This document shows, in pieces, positions 13,001 through 26,600 of a stretch of DNA of 64,000 bases; position 1 is the first letter of the stretch; every line of letters begins with the position of its first letter. The stretch spans positions 829,437 to 893,436 of the forward strand of contig NIVC01000024.1 of the NCBI GenBank assembly GCA_002269645.1, read 5' to 3'. This stretch comes from Macrostomum lignano (lineage: Eukaryota). Made by a program: the position numbers and the translations under genes. The notes beneath the pieces were generated by a model that did not search any database, was not told the origin of the DNA, and was given only the letters and a program-made list of their open reading frames with translations.

Positions 13001-16000
13001 AGCTGTGCTGATTTATTATATAATTTAATATAAATCTAATTTCAAAAGTTCAAGTATTATTTTTTTAATAATTTTTTAATAGTTGTTTGTTCAATTTTTT
13101 AACTTTTTTGTTTTTATGTTTGTCATCCAGATAAGCACGTAAATTGCTTAATATGGCCTATTTATTTTTAGTCCAGCTTTACCTGATTTTTACCTCGTAT
13201 CGTTTTTTGTTTTGTTTAACTTTTTACGTATTTATTGGCTGGCCTATTGTTTAGCTATTTCGACTTTGTTTTGTTGACTTTTTGGTTTATTGCCATTGTA
13301 TTGAATTAAGTGCTGATTTAATTGTTGCTTTATTCAATTTGAATCCGTGCTTGTTTTTTACTGTTTAAATTTGTTTTGTTTAACTTTCTTCTTATTTATT
13401 TTTCTGCTTGTCCGGCATGGATGAATCATTCATCCATGTTGTCCGGCTTGAACGGCACATGATAATACAAAAACTGCAATTTACTTTTATCCCGAGGAAA
13501 ACCTGTGCCCCCACCTACGTGAGCTTCTATTTCGCACTTCGAAGGCAGTGCGGGCTGCGCAATTCTCCTCAAGCGCGCAGTTCATGTAGTACATCGGCAC
13601 CCTGGCCACGTAAGCTGATAACTGGAGCACTCGGTGATCCAGAACGAGATCCGGCAGGTCTGCGACGGGAATTTTTCCGGGAAATATTTTTGAAAACGAT
13701 GAAAACAAATTATAAGGGATCAAAGCAGTTCAATTCTTTAGTACCCCTCTTTTTACGGGATCAAAAAAAATTAATATTTGATTCTTGCATGGTTAGGTCG
13801 TCAAATTGTTTCTATCTTTAATGTTTTTGTTTTTAAACATATATTTTCTAGATATGGTTATTTTATAGTGTCTAAAAACCCCTATAGTACATATACGACT
13901 TAAGTCCCACCAGCTGTGCACTCAATCGCCAGCGTAAAGGTGGGCTCCAGGCAAACTGTTTGGTTTGAATGCCCAGGCCCGATGAGCTGAGCACAGTCTG
14001 ACAGTCGGGCTTCTCCGCCGCGGCAGCCAGCGACTGACAGCGCGGGTGAAATTCTGGCCGAGCCCGCGATCTGGGCGGCCTCAGGCGCGACGGGGTGCTG
14101 CGAGTTGCACAAAAAGGGAAAAAATTGATACTGGAAATATTCTAGATTCGTGCCAGAAAATTCAACACTGCTATCGAGTTGTTGCTAAGGAGAATTCCGG
14201 ATTAGTATATGTTGCTAAGGAGAATCCTGGATTGGTATCTGTTGCTAAGGAGAATCCCGGATTAGTATCTCTTGCTAAGTAGAATCCCGGATTAGTATCT
14301 GTTGCTAAGGAGAATCCTGGATTGGTATCTGTTGCTAAGGAGAATCCCAGATTAGTATCTGTTGCTAAGGAGAATCCTGGATTGGTATGGGTTGCTAAGG
14401 AGAATCCCGGATTAGTATCTGTTGCTAAGGAGAATCCTAGATTGGTATCTGTTGCTAAGGAGAATCCCGGATTAGTATCTCTTGCTAAGGAGAATCCTGG
14501 ATTGGTATCTGTTGCTAAGGAGAATCCCAGATTAGTATCTGTTGCTAAGGAGAATCCTAGATTGGTATCTGTTGCTAAGGAGGATTCCAGATTGGTGTCT
14601 ATTGCTAAGGGGAATCCCGGATTGGTATCAGTTGCTAAGGGGAATCCCAGTGTAGTATCTGTTGCTAAGGTGTGTTCTCAAGACAAAGAACTTTTGGCCA
14701 AACTCTCAGCAGGTTTTGACTATTGCCACGACGCGCTCTCACAAACAAACTCAAGCCATCGATCCTTTTATATTTAATTTCTAAATGTCACACAAAAGAT
14801 TGGGGTGGGGCTGAGATTGCATGTACACTAAGCGACAATGGGGGGCGGGGCCCGGGGACTTACATATCTCCGATATACAGAAATGAGACCTATAACTATA
14901 TTAACTCTAATCAACAGAAAAACATACATACAAAGCCTACGCAACAAGGAGAATCCCGGTTTGGTATCTGTTGCTAAGGAGAATCCTGTATTGGTATCTG
15001 TTGCTAAGGAGAATCCCGGATCAGTGTCTGTTGCTAAGGAGAATCCCGGATTGGCATCTGTTGCTAAGGAGAATCCCAGATTAGTTGCTAGCTTGCCAAA
15101 CAAAATGTGTTAACATCAGTTTGCGCACCTTCCAGACGGTTCTGGCAGCGCCCAGGCCGAGCTCTCGGCAGGCAACGCTGGCCTCGCGTAGCGTGACGTA
15201 ACTGTCCGCACAAAGCCCATCTGCTGGCGCTTGAAGACTGCTGCTGCTACCGTTAAAAACTACCAACACTATTCCGCTGGTTGTTCGATTATCAGAATCA
15301 CTGCTGCCATTTTCTGCTTTTAGAGGCACCAGTTTGAGTTGATAGGACGGCTGCAGAGAGTTCAAAAGTTAATAATGCAACTGACATTGCTTAGGTTCGC
15401 TTCGGTTTGCTTCAGGTTTTGATTTAACTTTTAAGTCTTCTTTAGAGTCTAATTTGGCGCTTACTTCTGAGTCTACTTTGGAGTGTACCTTGGAGTCTAC
15501 TTCTTAGTGTACTTCTCAGTCTATTCCTGAGTCTAACTTGGAGTCTGCTTTAAAGGTGTCAACTAATTAGTCTACTTCTTAGTCTTCTTATTAGTCTTCT
15601 TATTAGTCTACTTATTAGTCTACTTATTAGTCTACTTCTTAGTCTACTTATTAGTCTACTTATTAGTCTACTTATTAGTCTACTTCTTAGTCTACTTATT
15701 AGTCTACTTATTAGTCTACTTATTAGTCTACTTCTTAGTCTACTTCTTAGTCTACTTATTAGTCTACTTATTAGTCTACTTCTTAGTCTACTTCTTAGTC
15801 TACTTATTAGTCTACTTCTTAATCTACTTATTAGTCTACTTATTAGTCTACTTATTAGTCTACTTCTTAGTCTACTTCTTAGTCTACTTATTAATCTACT
15901 TAATATTCTACTTATTATTCTACTTATTATTTTACTTATAAATCTACTTCTTAGACTACTTACTATTCTACTCATTATTCTACTTATTAGTCTATTTATT

Positions 16001-17843
16001 AGTCTACTAATTAGTCCACGTCGAAGTATATTTTTCTCAGTCTAATTCGGAGTTTAACTCTAAGTTAACCGCCGAGTCTATGTCGGAATCTACAGTTGAT
16101 TCTACTGCTGGCTTTAATTACGGACTGTAAAAAATGGAGTCAATTTAAAAATCCGCGTCCACCCTACTAAAAGTAGTTTAAAAGCCTTTTCCGGTTTCTA
16201 AGGTTTGCGAAACTTGCAAAACGATCAGAAAAGTCAGAGGCTGTTGATGTAAAGGCATGACTCACCTTAGTCGAACTTGCGAGAGTGTTCTCAGTGTTCT
16301 CAGGCCGCCGCCAGCTGTTCAGTTCGACAACTCTGCCGGCAGCTGAGCAGCGAACTCCGGCGGCTTCTCCGACTTCGCAGTTGTGCTGACCGGGTGAGCG
16401 GCTGCGGCACTGGCTGAGGTCGGCCTCCGACCCCGAGCAGCGAACATCGTCGAGTAGGATTTGCCGTCCTGGTTTCGAGACATTCCGTAAAATGTTTCGC
16501 AAAGCCCCTGGTTCTGGCGCCACTGGTGCTGCTAAATTGCCATTGGTGCTAAAGCCTCTGGTGCTAAAGCCACTGGTGCTAAAGCCTCTGGTGCTAAAGC
16601 CTCTGGTGCTAAAGCCTCTGTTGCTAAAGCCTCTGGTGCTAAAGCCCCTGGTGCTAAAGCCCCTGGTGCTAAAGCCCCTGGTGCTAAAGCCTCTGGTGCT
16701 AAAGCCCCTAGTGCTAAAGACATTGGTGCTAAAGCCCCTGGTGCTAAAGTTCCTTGTGCTAAAGCCCCTGGATAAAGCCACTTGTGCTAAAGCCCCTGGC
16801 TAAAGCCAGTGGTGCTAAAGCAACTGGTGCCAAAGCCCCTAGTGCTAAAGCCACTGGTGCTAAAGTCCATGGTGCTAAAGCCCCAGGTGCTAAAGTCCAT
16901 GGTGCTAAAGCCACTGGTGCTAGGGCCCCAGGTGCTAAAGCCCCTGGTGCTAAAGCCATTGGTGCAAAAGCCCCTGGTGCTAAAAGTTCCTTGTGCTAAA
17001 GCCCCTGGATAAAGCCAGTGGTGCTAAAGCCCCTGGCTAAAGCCAGTGGTGCTAAAGCCGCTGGTGCTAAAGCCTCTGGTGCTAAAGCCTCTGGTGCTAA
17101 AGCCTCTGGTGCTAAAGCCCCAGGTGCTAAAGTCCATGTTGCTAAAGCCACTGGTGCTAGGGCCCCAGGTGCTAAAGTCCATGGTGCTAAAGCCACTGGT
17201 GCTAGGGCCCCAGGTGCTAAAGCCCCTGGTGCTAAAGCCATTGGTGCTCGGGCCCCAGGTGCTAAAGCCCCTGGTGCTAAAGCCATTGGTGCAAAAGCCC
17301 CTGGTGCTAAAGCCATTGGTGCAAAAGCCCCTGGTGCTAAAGCCATTGGTGCAAAAGCCCCTGGTGCTAAAGCCATTGGTGCAAAAGCCCCTGGTGCTAA
17401 AGCCATTGGTGCAAAAGCCCCTGGTGCTAAAGTTCCTTGTGCTAAAGCCCCTGGATAAAGCCACTGGTGCTAAAGCCCCTGGTGCTAAAGCATCCCGAGC
17501 TACATGCAGGTGCTCTGCTCTCACCTCTCAGATCTGTCTGAAACTTGTTGGCCACAGTGTACTGGAGAGCCGGACCGAACCCCAGCTGCTTGCAGACAAC
17601 ATCAGCGCTCGCAGTGCTCCAGCCGTCGTCGCAGAGCAGACCCCAAAGGCTCCAAGCCTGAGACGCATTATTCAAGCGTCGAAATCGCAGCATGACGGTG
17701 CCCTCCATCGAGGTGTGCCCATCAATCAGTTTGATTTGCATTTCAATTGAATCTCGACTCTCCTTCCCTGGTAGTCCGTTTGCATTCAATAAAAGCACAC
17801 ACGGAAATAGCGTCGTTAATATTACCAGCAAGATGACTTTCAT
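10020..17843 (-). CDS. LOXL2: Lysyl oxidase-like protein (LOXL2/3/4 type): signal peptide + 2 SRCR domains + LOX catalytic domain, 531 aa. Exons 17843-17525, 16468-16266, 15350-15129, 14097-13911, 13659-13519, 12571-12180, 10151-10020
   Basis: SRCR motifs WGLLCDDGW..A.VVCKQLGF and ILLDDVRCSGSE; LOX motifs DLPDLV, CALEENC, LLRFST, Cu site WTWHTCHMHYH, GHKASFCLED, YLHDLDCQWIDITD, VVLNPEF..NN.V.C. All six introns GT-AG with matching phases; total 1596 nt. Symbol denotes subfamily, not strict orthology. Confidence 0.92.
10621..11104. mobile_element. hAT-type MITE, ~155-bp terminal inverted repeats, 8-bp TSD CTATAAAC
   Basis: 10621-10779 is the near-exact reverse complement of 10953-11104 apart from a longer C-run; CTATAAAC at 10613-20 and 11105-12. 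An 8-bp TSD is typical of hAT. Confidence 0.88.
11244..11481. mobile_element. TA-flanked MITE (Tc1/mariner-like), ~85-bp TIRs
   Basis: CCCATGCTTTAAGGGCGTTAATGGG... mirrored by ...CCCATTAACGCCCTTAAAGCATGGG, with TA on both sides. Confidence 0.75.
11509..11884. mobile_element. hAT-type non-autonomous element, 8-bp TSD CATCTTAC
   Basis: Imperfect TIR CAGTGGCGGCGCAG / CTGTGCCGCCACCG; CATCTTAC at 11501-08 and 11885-92. Confidence 0.82.
14180..15095. repeat. 30-bp minisatellite (GTTGCTAAGGAGAATCCCGGATTAGTATCT)n in two blocks (14180-14670, 14948-15095), LOX intron 3
   Basis: Tandem units; explains VSVAKENPGL ORFs. Confidence 0.92.
15560..16015. repeat. 12-bp minisatellite (TTAGTCTACTTA/C)n, LOX intron 2
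   Basis: Tandem units with degenerate flanks. Confidence 0.9.
16540..17490. repeat. 15-bp minisatellite (GGTGCTAAAGCCCCT)n with higher-order blocks, LOX intron 1
   Basis: Tandem units; explains VLKPL / GAKAP ORFs. Confidence 0.92.
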
Positions 17844-18645
17844 GTCTTGAATTGCATTTAAAGCTTTCATTAATTTGCTGGTACAGTGTATTTGAGAGAC
17901 TCATACTAGAAGTCTAAGAAGCAGTAGTTTTCTACTAAATAAGTACCTCTTGCCACTCCGAAATAGCAGTTTTTATACGTTATAAAAAGCTGCCATTGTA
18001 ACAGACAATTGGGGTGGGTTTTTGCACCGGTCAGACAGACTAATAGGAATGTGATGACAACATAGCTGCTCTCTGCCAGTGTGCAGTGCAGTCTGAAGAA
18101 GCTGCATGTCTGCCTGCTCAGAAGCCGCACCCCTAGCTACGAGTATACTGTAAAAATGAGAGTATAAAAATTGTCTACGAGTGTTTGCTGTAAAATTGAC
18201 AAATTTAGCCGCTGACAAAGCTAGCCGCCATGCGACAGTCAGTGTTGTACTAAATAATAGGCCTGCAATATCATGTAACCGTAGATGCCTTGCCTGAATA
18301 TTTGTCCATATAGAACCTTTTTCTCTGTACCCGATCGCTTTAAATTTTATCCTAGGGTTAATATAATAACAAAAAAGATTGAGCTGCCGGGTTTACAAAG
18401 AGGTCACGGCGCAGCGTATTAACAGTCTGTTCAGCTTCATGCACATAGTACAACATGCGCATATGGTGTATACAGTACATGCTCACATGTACATGTACAT
18501 GTACATGTGAATTCGCATAATACATATATATATACAGATGTATTATAATATTTGATCTGATCTGCGCCTTCCCTTCTCGGTTATCCGCGAGCACTTGTGC
18601 GCTAGGACTCTTAGTCCTCTGCGTCGCTATACTCTGTACTACTAC

Positions 18646-19121
18646 CAGGGGCGTCGCGATGGATTTTATGGTGGGGGGACTAAAGCCAACAATTACACAT
18701 GTACCTGTACATGTACATGACTAAATTCCTACATTTCAATATTTTCAGAATAAGTTTTCAGCGCTCAATTTAGCGCCGCGTGCACTCATTTTAACGCCGC
18801 AGACACTCATTTTAGCGCCGTTATAGGCCCTCATTTTAGCGCCGCAGGCACTCATTTTGACGCCGCAGACACTCATTTTAGCGCCGTTATAAGGCCCTCA
18901 TTTTAGCGCCGCAGGCACTCATCTAAGCCCCGCAGGCACTCATTTTGGCGCCGCAGACACTCGTTTCAGCGCCGCAGGCGCTATGTTTTGTCGCCTTGCA
19001 GCAAAATTATTTCCGTAACGGGTCACAAAAAAGTGGTGTGGGGGGACAAAAGCATTGGCACGTCCCCCCAAATATTTTACTGGGGAGGGGGGACATGCCC
19101 CCCCCGTTGGCGACGCCCCTG
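18646..19121. mobile_element. hAT-type MITE with internal short tandem repeats, 8-bp TSD ACTACTAC
   Basis: TIR CAGGGGCGTCGC / GCGACGCCCCTG; ACTACTAC at 18638-45 and 19122-29; internal CACTCATTTTAGCGCCGCAG repeats. Confidence 0.85.
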
Positions 19122-20679
19122 ACTACTACACTGTACAGTGTATATATGTACGCATGACACAACACAAAAAAGGCCTGATCTGCGACTAGGCGGAACTGAC
19201 TTTCATAGAGCTTTAATGTTAATTACCTTAGAGCTCTAACCAGTTTTGACTATTATCTGTTCGCAAATCCAAACTCTAACCTAGGAGACAAGTCATCCTT
19301 GCAAGGCAAGCCACGAAGTATAATTGCTGCAGTTTTGAAATGGTAATGGAGTCAATAAATATAGTATGTGTTGAATTAATGACGACATATTTTTTTATGA
19401 AATAAATTTGCTATTGAATAGGCTGTGTTAGGATAAAAAGCATTTTATTTAATTTTAATTACCAGTACCCCACTTGTCGGCAGTTCTTTTAAAACACAAA
19501 TAAAATTAGTTTAACTTTGATAACGCGATAAAATTTGTTACTGTTAAAAGTTTAAGTTAAGCTAAAGTTTAATTTTTTACCGTGGAAAGAAAATAACTTC
19601 AGCTCAGTGTTATGTGACATCGCTATGTCTAAGCCAGCTATAAGCTCAACACAGCCAATAAATTTAATGCACTCGTCACACATTTTAAAGCATCTACCTT
19701 GAGAGCTCTTCCGTTTTGTATTTACAAATACTATAGTATAGGTGGACTACATAAAACGCATGTCTTGATGTCTTTATCCGTCCTGACCGTCCGCGTCCAT
19801 ATCCATTATTTACTATTGGACATTAGCATTACCATAATCCATCAGTATTTTTTCTTTTTTTGACTGTAAGATCATAATTATTAAACTAATTTTGGTATGA
19901 CTGGTAGCATAGTTTTTTTAGATTTTAGCTTAATTGAATATTGATGCTTTTTTTATTTTTTAAATAATATTTTAGCAAAAATGAAAGAAAATCTATATTT
20001 AATATTTCTTTCACAATCAATAAAATTAAACCTAATTCTAACGATGCAGTGAAAGTACTCGTAATTCTGCAGTTTAGTTAATATTCTAAAAAAAGAAAGA
20101 CTTTAAACAGTTTTGTTGCTTTATTAGTAAGTAGACTAGTTAGAAATATTAGATTTGTCAATTTATATTACTTGTATGATAAAATTTATATTATTATACT
20201 GTGCTGCTAAGTATACACATGAATTAAAAGCAAAATCATAGTTTTTTATGCCAATTTATGCAAAACTTTCCAATTTTGTTATGCTTGAGAGTTGTGGCAT
20301 GGTACCAATAGGAAACCATGCCAATTATTATTAAATTATTTTTACTTAAAAAATCTTTTCCACATAAAGCCTTTGCCTTTGTCAAAATTGTTATCAATAG
20401 AAAAAAATTACAAGTTTGGATGTAAAACTATAATAAATGCCTTCTTGGTCGATAGAAAACTAAAAAAATAAAATTTCAAGTCAATCAAAGCATCAACTTT
20501 TTTTCTGCTACAGTACCAATTTAGTGCACAGAAAAAACTTGTTTTGCCTACTGATACTGATAGTACTAAAGGTAACTATTCTCACCAAAAGTAGTAACAT
20601 TAGACATTGCTAAAGTAAATACAATATAATATGGCCTAAAAATTGTCAATAAAATGTTTATTTCAGCTGCAGGCCAGCC

Positions 20680-23600
20680 ATGGCAATCAGCTCTGTTGCT
20701 GGCAGCCTGCAGCAGGCCATAGCAACCACAGCGGTTGACCTAGCTGGATCGAAGCGCTCTCTGGCGCAAACTCTGCGCTCTGGGAAGGAGCAGGTTTGTT
20801 TCTTCTAGACTTTACAGTGGCTGGCCTAAAGCACTAGCAATTTTGTATATAATTTCCACTCTTCCCTCCCTGATCGAGTGGGTCGCAGTCTCTTTTTTTC
20901 CTCTCTCCCCACTTTTTTTTCTCTCGTCTCCCCCTTTCTCTCTTCTCTCCTCTCTAATCTCCCTCTTTTCTCTTCTCTCTTTTCTTCTCTTCTTTCTTCT
21001 CTCTTCTCTTCTCTATTCTCTCCCCTTTTCTCTCTCCCCTCTTCTCTCCCCTCTCCTTTCTGCCCATTCTCCTTTCTCTCCTCTCTTCTCTTTTCTCTTT
21101 TCTTCTCTTCTTTCTTTTCTTCTCTTCTCTCTTTTCTTCTCTTCTCTCTTCTCTTCTCTTCTCTCTTCTCTCCCCTTTTCTCTATCCCCTCTTCTCTCCC
21201 CTCTCCTTTCTGCCCATTCTTTCTCTCCTCTCTTCTCTTTTCTCTTTTCTTCTCTTCTCTCTTCTCTTCTCTTCTCTCTTCTCTCCCCTTTTCTCTCTCC
21301 CCTCTTCTCTCCCCTCTCCTTTCTGCCCATTCTCCTTTCTCTCCTCTCTTCTCTTCTCTCTTCTCTTCTCTTCTCTTCTCTCTTTTCTTCTCTTCTCTCT
21401 TCTCTTCTCTTCTCTCTTCTCTCCCCTCTTCTCTCCCCTCTCCTTTCTGCCCATTCTTTCTCTCCTCTCTTCTCTTCTCTTCTCTCTTCTCTTCTCTTCT
21501 CTCTTTTCTTCTCTTCTCTCTTCTCTTCTCTTCTCTCTTCTCTCCCCTCTTCTCTCCCATCTCCTTTCTGCCCATTCTTTCTCTCCTCTCTTCTCTTCTC
21601 TCTTCTCTCCCCTCTTCTCTCCCATCTCCTTTCTGCCCATTCTTTCTCTCCTCTCTTCTCTTCTCTCTTTCTCTCCCATCTTCTCTCTCCCCCATATTCT
21701 CTTTCCTCTCCTCTCTCCTCTAATTCTCTTTTCTCTTTCTTCTCACCTCTCTTCTCCCTTCTCTCCTCTTCCCTCTTCTCTCTCCTCTCCACTCTCCCTT
21801 CTCATCTCTTGTCTCCTTTCATCTCTCATCTTATCTATCCTCTCAACTCTTTCTTTTCTTTTTTCTTACTTTCTTTCTCATCTTCTCTCTCGCCTCTCGC
21901 CTCTCGCCTCTCCTCTTTCCTCCTCTCACTCCTCCATTCTCTCTCTTTTTCTCTCATCTGGCCCGCAGCAACGAGCTGGATTATTTATCTGGCCCATGAG
22001 GTCAAGAAGCTTGCCTACCCCAGGCTTAAAACCAGCCTCCAAATACTTTTTTCTAAGAAACCTCGTCCTTCCACTTAGCCGTAGATTTGCTCCTATCTTT
22101 CTCATACTGAAAGACCCGGCTTTCCTGACCGAATTAGCCGAGCTGGCGCGCCGTGACTTCTCCAGGCGCGACTGTCGCTCAGGCCTGATTCGCCTCATCC
22201 AGTTGAGAACACTCGACTGTTCTGGCGTAAGCGCTGGTCTCAGCTGGTCCGGAGTTCGAATCCTGGAGTCGATGAGTTCGAATAGATTCGCATTGAAGCG
22301 CCTGGCTTATCTGGCGGCCTCTTTGATCTTTGATAACGACAGCGCCGCCGAATTGCTTATCCTAGCAACTAATCTGCTGCGCAAGGACCTCTGCTCTACC
22401 TGTCCCGTGGAGACCAGCTCGACCCTGTGCTCACTGGCCTCGTTTATGACTGCCGACTTGGCTAAGTGAGTCCTAGGACTTTTTTGGAGGACTCATCGCT
22501 GGGTTTTCGGGGCTTTGTGAATTGTTGAATATGTCAGATCTTAGTTTTACTCATTAAATACGTATCCGAACCACAGAAACTAGAATAACTAGATGGGCCA
22601 CTCAGCAGATTTGCGTGTAAGCTACTTTCAGTTCAGTAGTAAGTTGAACTGAAGCATTTTAATGTATTTTTAAAGCCAAGGCTACTTTATTGGCTCTGGT
22701 CCCCAGCTTAAACCCTCCAACCGCGCCTTACCACACTAAACCCCCCGCCCCACCCTAATTTTTATTGCCTTTCTCGGAATTCCAGCCTAAAGCTGTCATG
22801 TACATTTCAGTGGACTGGCCAATGTAGATTATGGCTGAACCAATTAGCAAGTTGTTTACGCCTTTAAGCTTGGGCTTCTGAAATTATTAAAGTAATCTCA
22901 GCTGCCTTGATTTTTATAAAATAGCTTATTTATTCTTCTTTGCTACTGAACTGAAAGTAGAAAGCTGTTTTGCTAAGTATTGACTTATCAGATTTGTGTC
23001 AGATGTTTTTCAGCAGTCTTGAGCTGTATGGACCTCTAAAAACATTCGCAGAGACCTCTGCAACGATCTGCTCTCTCTTGCTGCCAGTTCGCCCCACGCC
23101 TGCGTCAGAGCTCGCTGCACTCTGCTGCTGCCCCGCCTGCTGGCCCGCTTCCCTGAAGCGGCCGGCCTAGCGTTTGCCAGCCTTCGCGACCGTCTCGGCG
23201 ATGCTCACGCCGCAGTTCGCGGCGCCGCCGTCTGCGCCACTTGCGAATTGGCCGGCAGCGCCGGCGCCAATCCCGGCGCCTGTTTGCCGTTGGCGCCGGC
23301 GCTGTTCCGCCTGCTCTGCTCCGGCGAGTGCTGCTTCGGCTTGGCAACGGCCTGGCACGCTGCCAAACTGTTGAGGCTGTTCGCTTTGCTGACTCAGCTG
23401 GAGCCGCGGCTTGGCAGGAAGCTGATCGACCCGATTGTGGCACAGCTGCAGGTTTGTGACTGCGCCATTTGGGAATACTTCTTAGGGATTCACTCTTCAC
23501 CGCTTCCCGGAGACTTGAGAAACTAACCAGAGAGCTTGGACATTCTTTATGGAACTTGAGCACCACAAATCCAGATCCCTGAGACACTTATGGGAGAGCT

Positions 23601-26600
23601 GAGACACTTATTGAAGAGTTGAGACACTTATCGGAGAGAGAGTTGGGACACTTATCGTAGAGCTGAGACACTTATCAGAAAGACAGCTGAGACACTTATC
23701 GGAGAGCTGAGACACTTATCGGAGAGACAGCTGAGACACTTATCGGAGAGACAGCTGAGACACTTATCGGAGAGCTGAAACACTTATCGGAGAGCTGAGA
23801 CACTTATCGGAGAGCTGAGACACTTATCGGAGAGCTGAGACACTTATCGGAGAGACAGCTGAGACACTTATCGGAGAGCTGAGACACTTATCGGAGAGAC
23901 AGCTGAGACACTTATCGGAGAGCTGAGACACTTATCGGAGAGACAGCTGAGACAATTATCGGAGAGACAGCTGAGACACTTATCGGAGAGCTGAGACACT
24001 TATCGGAGAGACAGCTGAAACACTTATCGGAGAGCTGAGACACTTATCGGAGAGCTGAGACACTTATCGGAGAGCTGAGACACTTATCGGAGAGACAGCT
24101 GAGACACTTATCGGAGAGCTGAGACACTTATCGGAGAGCTGAGACACTTATCGGAGAGACAGCTGAGACACTTACTAAGCTCTTTTCTTCTCAACTCCGC
24201 CTGTCAGGACTCCAGTTCGATACCCCTGCTGTACGAGTGCGTCAACACCTTGGTAACAGCCCTGCAGACTGCTCAGGATCGCGTGCCAGCCTCGTCACGT
24301 TCAACAGCTATTCACATGTGCTCATCTCGACTGCACTCCCTGCTTGAGCATTACGATCGAAATATTCGCTGTTTGGGCCTCATGTCTATGGCCAGACTCA
24401 CCGCCCTGGACCCTAAATCAGTGAGCCTTTAAGATAATCTCAATTTTAACTGAAACTTGATTCGAATGCCCAGATCCCCACCCAGATCCCCATTGAGGTC
24501 CCCACCCAGATCCCCACTGAGGTCCCCACCCAGATCCCCGAGGTCCCCACCCAGATCCCCGAGGTCCCCACCCAGATCCCCACCCAGATCCCCACCCAGA
24601 TCCCCACCCAGATCCCCACCCAGATCCCCACCCAGATCCCCACCCAGATCCCCACCCAGATCCCCACTCAGATCCCCACTCAGATCCCCACTCAGATCCC
24701 CACCCAGATCCCCACTGAGGTCCCCACCCAGATCCCCGAGGTCCCCACTCAGATCCCCACCCAGATCCCCACCCAGATCCCCATTGAGGTCCCCACCCAG
24801 ATCCCCACTGAGGTCCCCACCCAGATCCCCGAGGTTCCCACTCAGATCCCCACCCAGATCCCCACCCAGATCCCCACCCAGATCCCCACCCAGATCCCCA
24901 CCCAGATCCCCACCCAGATCCCCACCCAGATCCCCACCCAGATCCCCACCCAGATCCCCACCCAGATCCCCACCCAGATCCCCACCCAGATCCCCACCCA
25001 GATCCCCACCCAGATCCCCACCCAGATCCCCACCCAGATCCCCACCCAGATCCCCACCCAGATCCCCACCCAGATCCCCACCCAGATCCCCACCCAGATC
25101 CCCACCCAGATCCCCACTGAGGTCCCCACCCAGATCCCCACTCAGATCCCCACCCAGATCCCCACCCAGATCCCCACTCAGATCCCCACTCAGATCCCCA
25201 CCCAGATCCCCACCCAGATCCCCACCCAGATCCCCACCCAGATCCCCACCCAGATCCCAGCCACTGCAGCGAGTTCCGAACTCGGCACCACGCAGGCGCA
25301 GTCCCAGCGCGAGTTGGTGGCCTCGGCCTGCCTGACTGACTCCGACGCCTCGGTGTCGTGCCGCGCCGCCGACCTGCTGTGCCGCCTGGCCTGCCGCGAC
25401 AGCCTGGCCGACACGGTGCGCCTCCTTCGCGGCCACCTCGCCGACAGCCTCGGCTTGCACCGTCGAGCCCGCCTGCTGGAGCAGCTGCTCACTTGCTGCT
25501 CAGCCGCCAATTACAGCCTAGTCAGCCCGAATTTCGACTGGTACATTGTGGAGCTGTTCAACTTGTCCGTTGTGGTTGCTAATGACGCTCTGGTTAGCAA
25601 CGAGTGTCCGCTAGGACGCCAGCTAGTGGAAGTCAGCCGTTGCCTAGCAACAGTAGTGTCGCGTCGGAGAGCTCGGCAGCTCTGCTTGAACGTCCTGATC
25701 GGCGCTGCCGACTGCCGCCCGTCGCCCGTCCGCCTGCTGCCGGCGGCCGCCTGGCTGTACGCCGAATTTGCCGACGATGTCGAGGACGACGATCTGGCAG
25801 ACTCGGTCGCCGCTGAGGCGATGCTCCGCCTGCCGAGGTGTCCGATTGTTGTCGGCCGGCTGGCGGACTGGCAGCAGGCGGCTCTGCTGCACAGCGGCGT
25901 CAAGCTGACGGTGAAACGGGCGCTGCGGCGAGGACGGAACAGCAGCGGCAGGTGCGACCTGGCATGTGGCGGAGTGGCTGCTGATGCTCTATAGAAAGGG
26001 GGAAGAGAAGGAGAGAATAGAGGAGAAGGCAGAAGCGAAGGGAGAAAAGGGAAAAGAGAAAAGAAGAGAAGGGAAAAGAAAGGGGAGAAGAGAGGGGAGA
26101 AGAGAAGGGAGAAGAGAAGGGAGAAGAGAAGGGAAAAGATGCAGAGAGAGGGAGGAAGAGCGCTGGAGGTGACTATCTCACTATTACTAATGGTGAAGTA
26201 GAATCTACTCAATTCATTGACTCAAAAGGCCTGCACCGGCCGATCTGCTATCCGAGTGCGTGGAACGACTCGAGTCGCTGGTCCGGTCCCCGCTGCTGGA
26301 GGTTCAGGAGCGCGCGGTTAGCTGCCACAGTCTGCTGCGGGCGGCGGCGGCGGCTGCGCCAGCCTGCGGAGTGGACTGGCTGGCCGCTCTGTTCGAGCGG
26401 GACCGCCAACTGGAGCCGGTGGGGCCGGCAGCCCAGCGGCAGGTGCACCCGCCAGACGGTCTGGACCTCGAAGCTTGGATCAACGCTCCGTTGGCTGCGA
26501 CGGACTCTCAGAGGAAGAAGAAAAAGAAGACGAAACAAAAGCGGCAGGCAGCGGCGAATCCGGTGCCCGCGCCGGAGCTACGGGACTCGGCCGATGTGAG

